Origin: a virus
Taxonomy: Duplodnaviria; Caudoviricetes
Virus record (IMG/VR): IMGVR_UViG_3300017911_002528
Span: 1-37,239 of that record
Strand: one strand, 5' to 3'
DNA length: 37,239 nt
Made by a program: the position numbers and the translations under genes. Below, one piece after another: positions 34,470 to 37,239 of the stretch; the first letter of the stretch is position 1; each line of letters begins with the position of its first letter. The notes under the pieces were generated by a model. That model had not been told where the DNA came from. It saw only the letters and a program-made list of their open reading frames with translations, and made no database searches.

Positions 34470-37239
34470 TGAAATCTTCTTCTATATCTATACAGTTTGT
34501 TGTTAATGATTTGAATGCAAATTATGAGGTTATTGGTACTTCTGATAATTATTCATTTCAATACAAATTGGGAAAAGGAAGTGATTTGGTTGACAGTCTT
34601 GGCGGTATTGCTACAAAGATTGTTTCGCTAAAGGGTAATTATGGAGTGTTCGAGGTTAAGATTTTTGCGGTCAGTGATATTGGTATAAGATCTGATTTTA
34701 TTAGCGAATCTATAACAATTAGTCCGCCGACATTTGATCAAACATTTACATTTAATAATTTAAGAATATCAGATTTAAGAGGAGCAGTTGTTGACAGTTT
34801 GTTCGTAGAAAAAAGTCCAGCAGAGCCTGGCGACGATCTGATTGTATCCCAGCAATTCGCAGGAAAAGATATGGAGGTTTTATGGGAGTTGATTCCTCCT
34901 GTAGGACATGCTCTTGAGGGACAGTCTGTGTCAACAGAATTGTTGTCCGACACTCTATTCTCTGGGTTTATTGTAAATATAAAAAGCGATGATCAAGTGA
35001 TAGATGTTTCATCTTATGATGATCAAAATTCTGCTATACAATCTTTTTCTAGTCAATTCAATACGAACCCCAATAATGTAGCTCAAGATCTTTCTGGTTT
35101 TAGAAATTTTTCGCTCACTCTTGATAGAAATGTTTTTGATGGATTTGATTTGTCGAGGAATACCTCTCTTGAAATTGTTGCTGTAGATAGTTTTGGAAGA
35201 ACCGCGACTGGCACAATTAGCGGAAACAATCCGGCGTTATTTTTAAATAATTTAACTTCAAGTCTTAATGGTTCGCAAATGTCTTTTTCTTGGGCTGTTG
35301 ATTCAGTTGATTATAGCGGCATGAATATCAATGTTCTTGGTATTCCTGAGAATAGAGAGTTGTTTGATAGCGGAGATTTGACGCTAAGTAAAAACTTTAT
35401 TGAAGATATAAACAGCACAATTTCTAATAATTTAACATGGAATGTTAATTCTAATTATAATTCTGGTGATTTGGTTGCAAGAGATGGAGATGTTTTTAGA
35501 TCAAACATTGATCATACTAGTTCATATAATAATGCGCCGCAAAATGATTCAGCAACTTGGACAAATTATGGACAATCAATTGATTATGTTTTTGAGCAAG
35601 AAAGTTTGGGTTCATTATCATTTAATCAAGAACAATTTTTTGGTTATAAATATTATTATACATTTCAGGCGTTTGATGATTTTGGGCCAGGCGATCTATT
35701 TTTACTGTCTGAGGGTGGCTCTTTGTCAGTTCAAGGGGAAGAAGGTTCGCTGTTGTTTCCATTTCAGTCTGAAATAAGAATTGCTAATCTAAGATATTTT
35801 GAACGAGAAGATGATCTTGTATTTAATTGGGATATTGTGGATCAAGATGAAAATGCTGTTGATCTTGTTCAATATCGCGCAGCATTTAAAGAGGGTGGGT
35901 TGCCTGCTATATTGGGATTAAGTGGGTCTCTGTATGATGTTCATACAAATCAAATAATTACAGGATTAACTGAAGGAAATAATTCTATATCTCTCACTAA
36001 AAATGAAGATGGTGATACAGAGCTTGTATACGGCTTGCAAACTTCTAAAATATTCAATACATACGAATATACCCGAGAAATAAATAATAGTATATATGGA
36101 ACAGGAGGATTTCCTTCTATTTATGAAAGTTTTGATTATACAAAAAATTACAATTCTGGCGAGCATGTAATTGATGATAATCAAAATGTATATAAAGCAA
36201 TACTTGAAACAAGCAATGAAGATCCAAAAATAAAACCAGTTTATGATCAATGGCAAAAGGATGTTGATTATATTGTTGGTGAGTCATTTTATTATCAAGG
36301 AGTAGTTTATAAGGTTGATCAAAACTTTGGACCGCAGTATACAGAGGGTTTGTTTGATTTTTCAAGAACTTATGTTGCTGGCGATTTGGTTATCGCCCCC
36401 GATCAGTATTTTGAGTATTTTGATGTAAACAATCAATACCAGCTGAATGATTTGGTTGTTTATAATTCGACATTATATAAATGTTTAGCTTTTCAGGAAG
36501 CTTCATCTGCTGTTGTACCTGGTACTGATTCTACAAAGTGGAGGGTCGCTTCTCTTTTCTCTGAGGTTGATTGTAATGTTTACAAGGCAGTTAGTTCTTC
36601 TCAGGGGTTGATTCCAATAAATGAAACCGTTCAAGAAGGTGGTGTGCTTGTTGACAAGTGGCAAGTTTGTTATCCTGATAATTCTGACAAGGTGCAAAGT
36701 TACATACAAAGCTACTCGGGTTTTGTTTTTGAATGGAATGATATAGATAATTTTACAAGCGGTGATTTGGCTGTATATGCAAATGATATATGGAGCGGCA
36801 TTCAGGATAGTGGTCCAGATGAAGATTCTGGTTCGGTTGTTCCAGGTACTGATTCTCAATACTGGGTAAATCAAAGCAATGGTCAGGATATAATTTTTTC
36901 ATACAATTCTGGAGACATTGTATATAATGATGGAACTGTATATAAAGCAAACGCCGACGATCCCGTTGGTGCGCCAATATTCGCAGTCAATCAACCAGGA
37001 GAAGATTCGCAATCAAGCTATCAAGGAACCGAATGGATTCCATATTGGCAACAAGAAACACAATATCAATCTACAATTTTTGGTAACATAGGTATTCCGC
37101 AAAGTGGAAAAAGAAGCGTTGGTATCGAGCTTGCTATTGTTGACAGAGAAGGTGATATATTTGATACTAAAAGATTATCTGCCGACAATCCGCCGCCATA
37201 TATATTGACCGAAGGATTTAATGTTGATAGCACAAGCGA
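34469..37239 (+). CDS. Large tail fibre / J C-terminal-like protein with carbohydrate-binding-like repeats; 3' truncated
   Basis: Not in the track (no stop in window); ATG overlaps the J stop (TAATG); MKSSSISIQF...FEVKIFAVSDIGIRS is FN3-like; frame open wherever checked; repeats (W/F)....Y..GD.V...G.VY.A. Confidence 0.8.
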   Translation, partial: MKSSSISIQFVVNDLNANYEVIGTSDNYSFQYKLGKGSDLVDSLGGIATKIVSLKGNYGVFEVKIFAVSDIGIRSDFISESITISPPTFDQTFTFNNLRISDLRGAVVDSLFVEKSPAEPGDDLIVSQQFAGKDMEVLWELIPPVGHALEGQSVSTELLSDTLFSGFIVNIKSDDQVIDVSSYDDQNSAIQSFSSQFNTNPNNVAQDLSGFRNFSLTLDRNVFDGFDLSRNTSLEIVAVDSFGRTATGTISGNNPALFLNNLTSSLNGSQMSFSWAVDSVDYSGMNINVLGIPENRELFDSGDLTLSKNFIEDINSTISNNLTWNVNSNYNSGDLVARDGDVFRSNIDHTSSYNNAPQNDSATWTNYGQSIDYVFEQESLGSLSFNQEQFFGYKYYYTFQAFDDFGPGDLFLLSEGGSLSVQGEEGSLLFPFQSEIRIANLRYFEREDDLVFNWDIVDQDENAVDLVQYRAAFKEGGLPAILGLSGSLYDVHTNQIITGLTEGNNSISLTKNEDGDTELVYGLQTSKIFNTYEYTREINNSIYGTGGFPSIYESFDYTKNYNSGEHVIDDNQNVYKAILETSNEDPKIKPVYDQWQKDVDYIVGESFYYQGVVYKVDQNFGPQYTEGLFDFSRTYVAGDLVIAPDQYFEYFDVNNQYQLNDLVVYNSTLYKCLAFQEASSAVVPGTDSTKWRVASLFSEVDCNVYKAVSSSQGLIPINETVQEGGVLVDKWQVCYPDNSDKVQSYIQSYSGFVFEWNDIDNFTSGDLAVYANDIWSGIQDSGPDEDSGSVVPGTDSQYWVNQSNGQDIIFSYNSGDIVYNDGTVYKANADDPVGAPIFAVNQPGEDSQSSYQGTEWIPYWQQETQYQSTIFGNIGIPQSGKRSVGIELAIVDREGDIFDTKRLSADNPPPYILTEGFNVDSTS

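Noticed and set aside
1-37239. Stop-codon reassignment
   Set aside because: Code 11 gives dense, long ORFs, and TAA, TAG and TGA all end genes at tight junctions

Overview
AT-rich segment of a large tailed dsDNA phage genome (siphovirus-type, lambda-like tail tip); standard code 11; no integrase, host genes or CRISPR seen. Left part (1-6224, all minus strand): DNA and nucleotide metabolism genes (membrane-anchored Holliday-junction-resolvase-like endonuclease, dCMP deaminase, second PD-(D/E)XK-like protein, RuvB-like ATPase, DUF736/SSB-like, GNAT-like, nucleoside deoxyribosyltransferase-like), a complete tmRNA (3891-4257) and a holin-like gene. Three sigma70-type promoters there end only 6-8 nt before ATG. 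The remainder is virion morphogenesis: two paralogous fibre-like genes, three or four tail-tube-like paralogues, head-completion genes, two probable tail chaperones, a 2243-aa tape measure protein (TMP), and a gpM(x2)/gpL/gpK(JAB only)/gpI-gpJ fusion/repeat-rich fibre block. Most notable: (i) TMP divided by repeated G-x-(I/V)-P-N-(F/Y)-A motifs, with one cassette resembling a PD-(D/E)XK nuclease; (ii) a recurring TAGTGTA(A/T) candidate late promoter, in back-to-back divergent pairs, with a tandem AAGGnnTAAGG leader on some genes; (iii) one ~100-aa module inserted in two unrelated structural proteins; (iv) a ubiquitin-like gpI fused to gpJ beside a stand-alone JAB protease; (v) the phage tmRNA. 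Family calls come from motif recognition by eye, not database searches.
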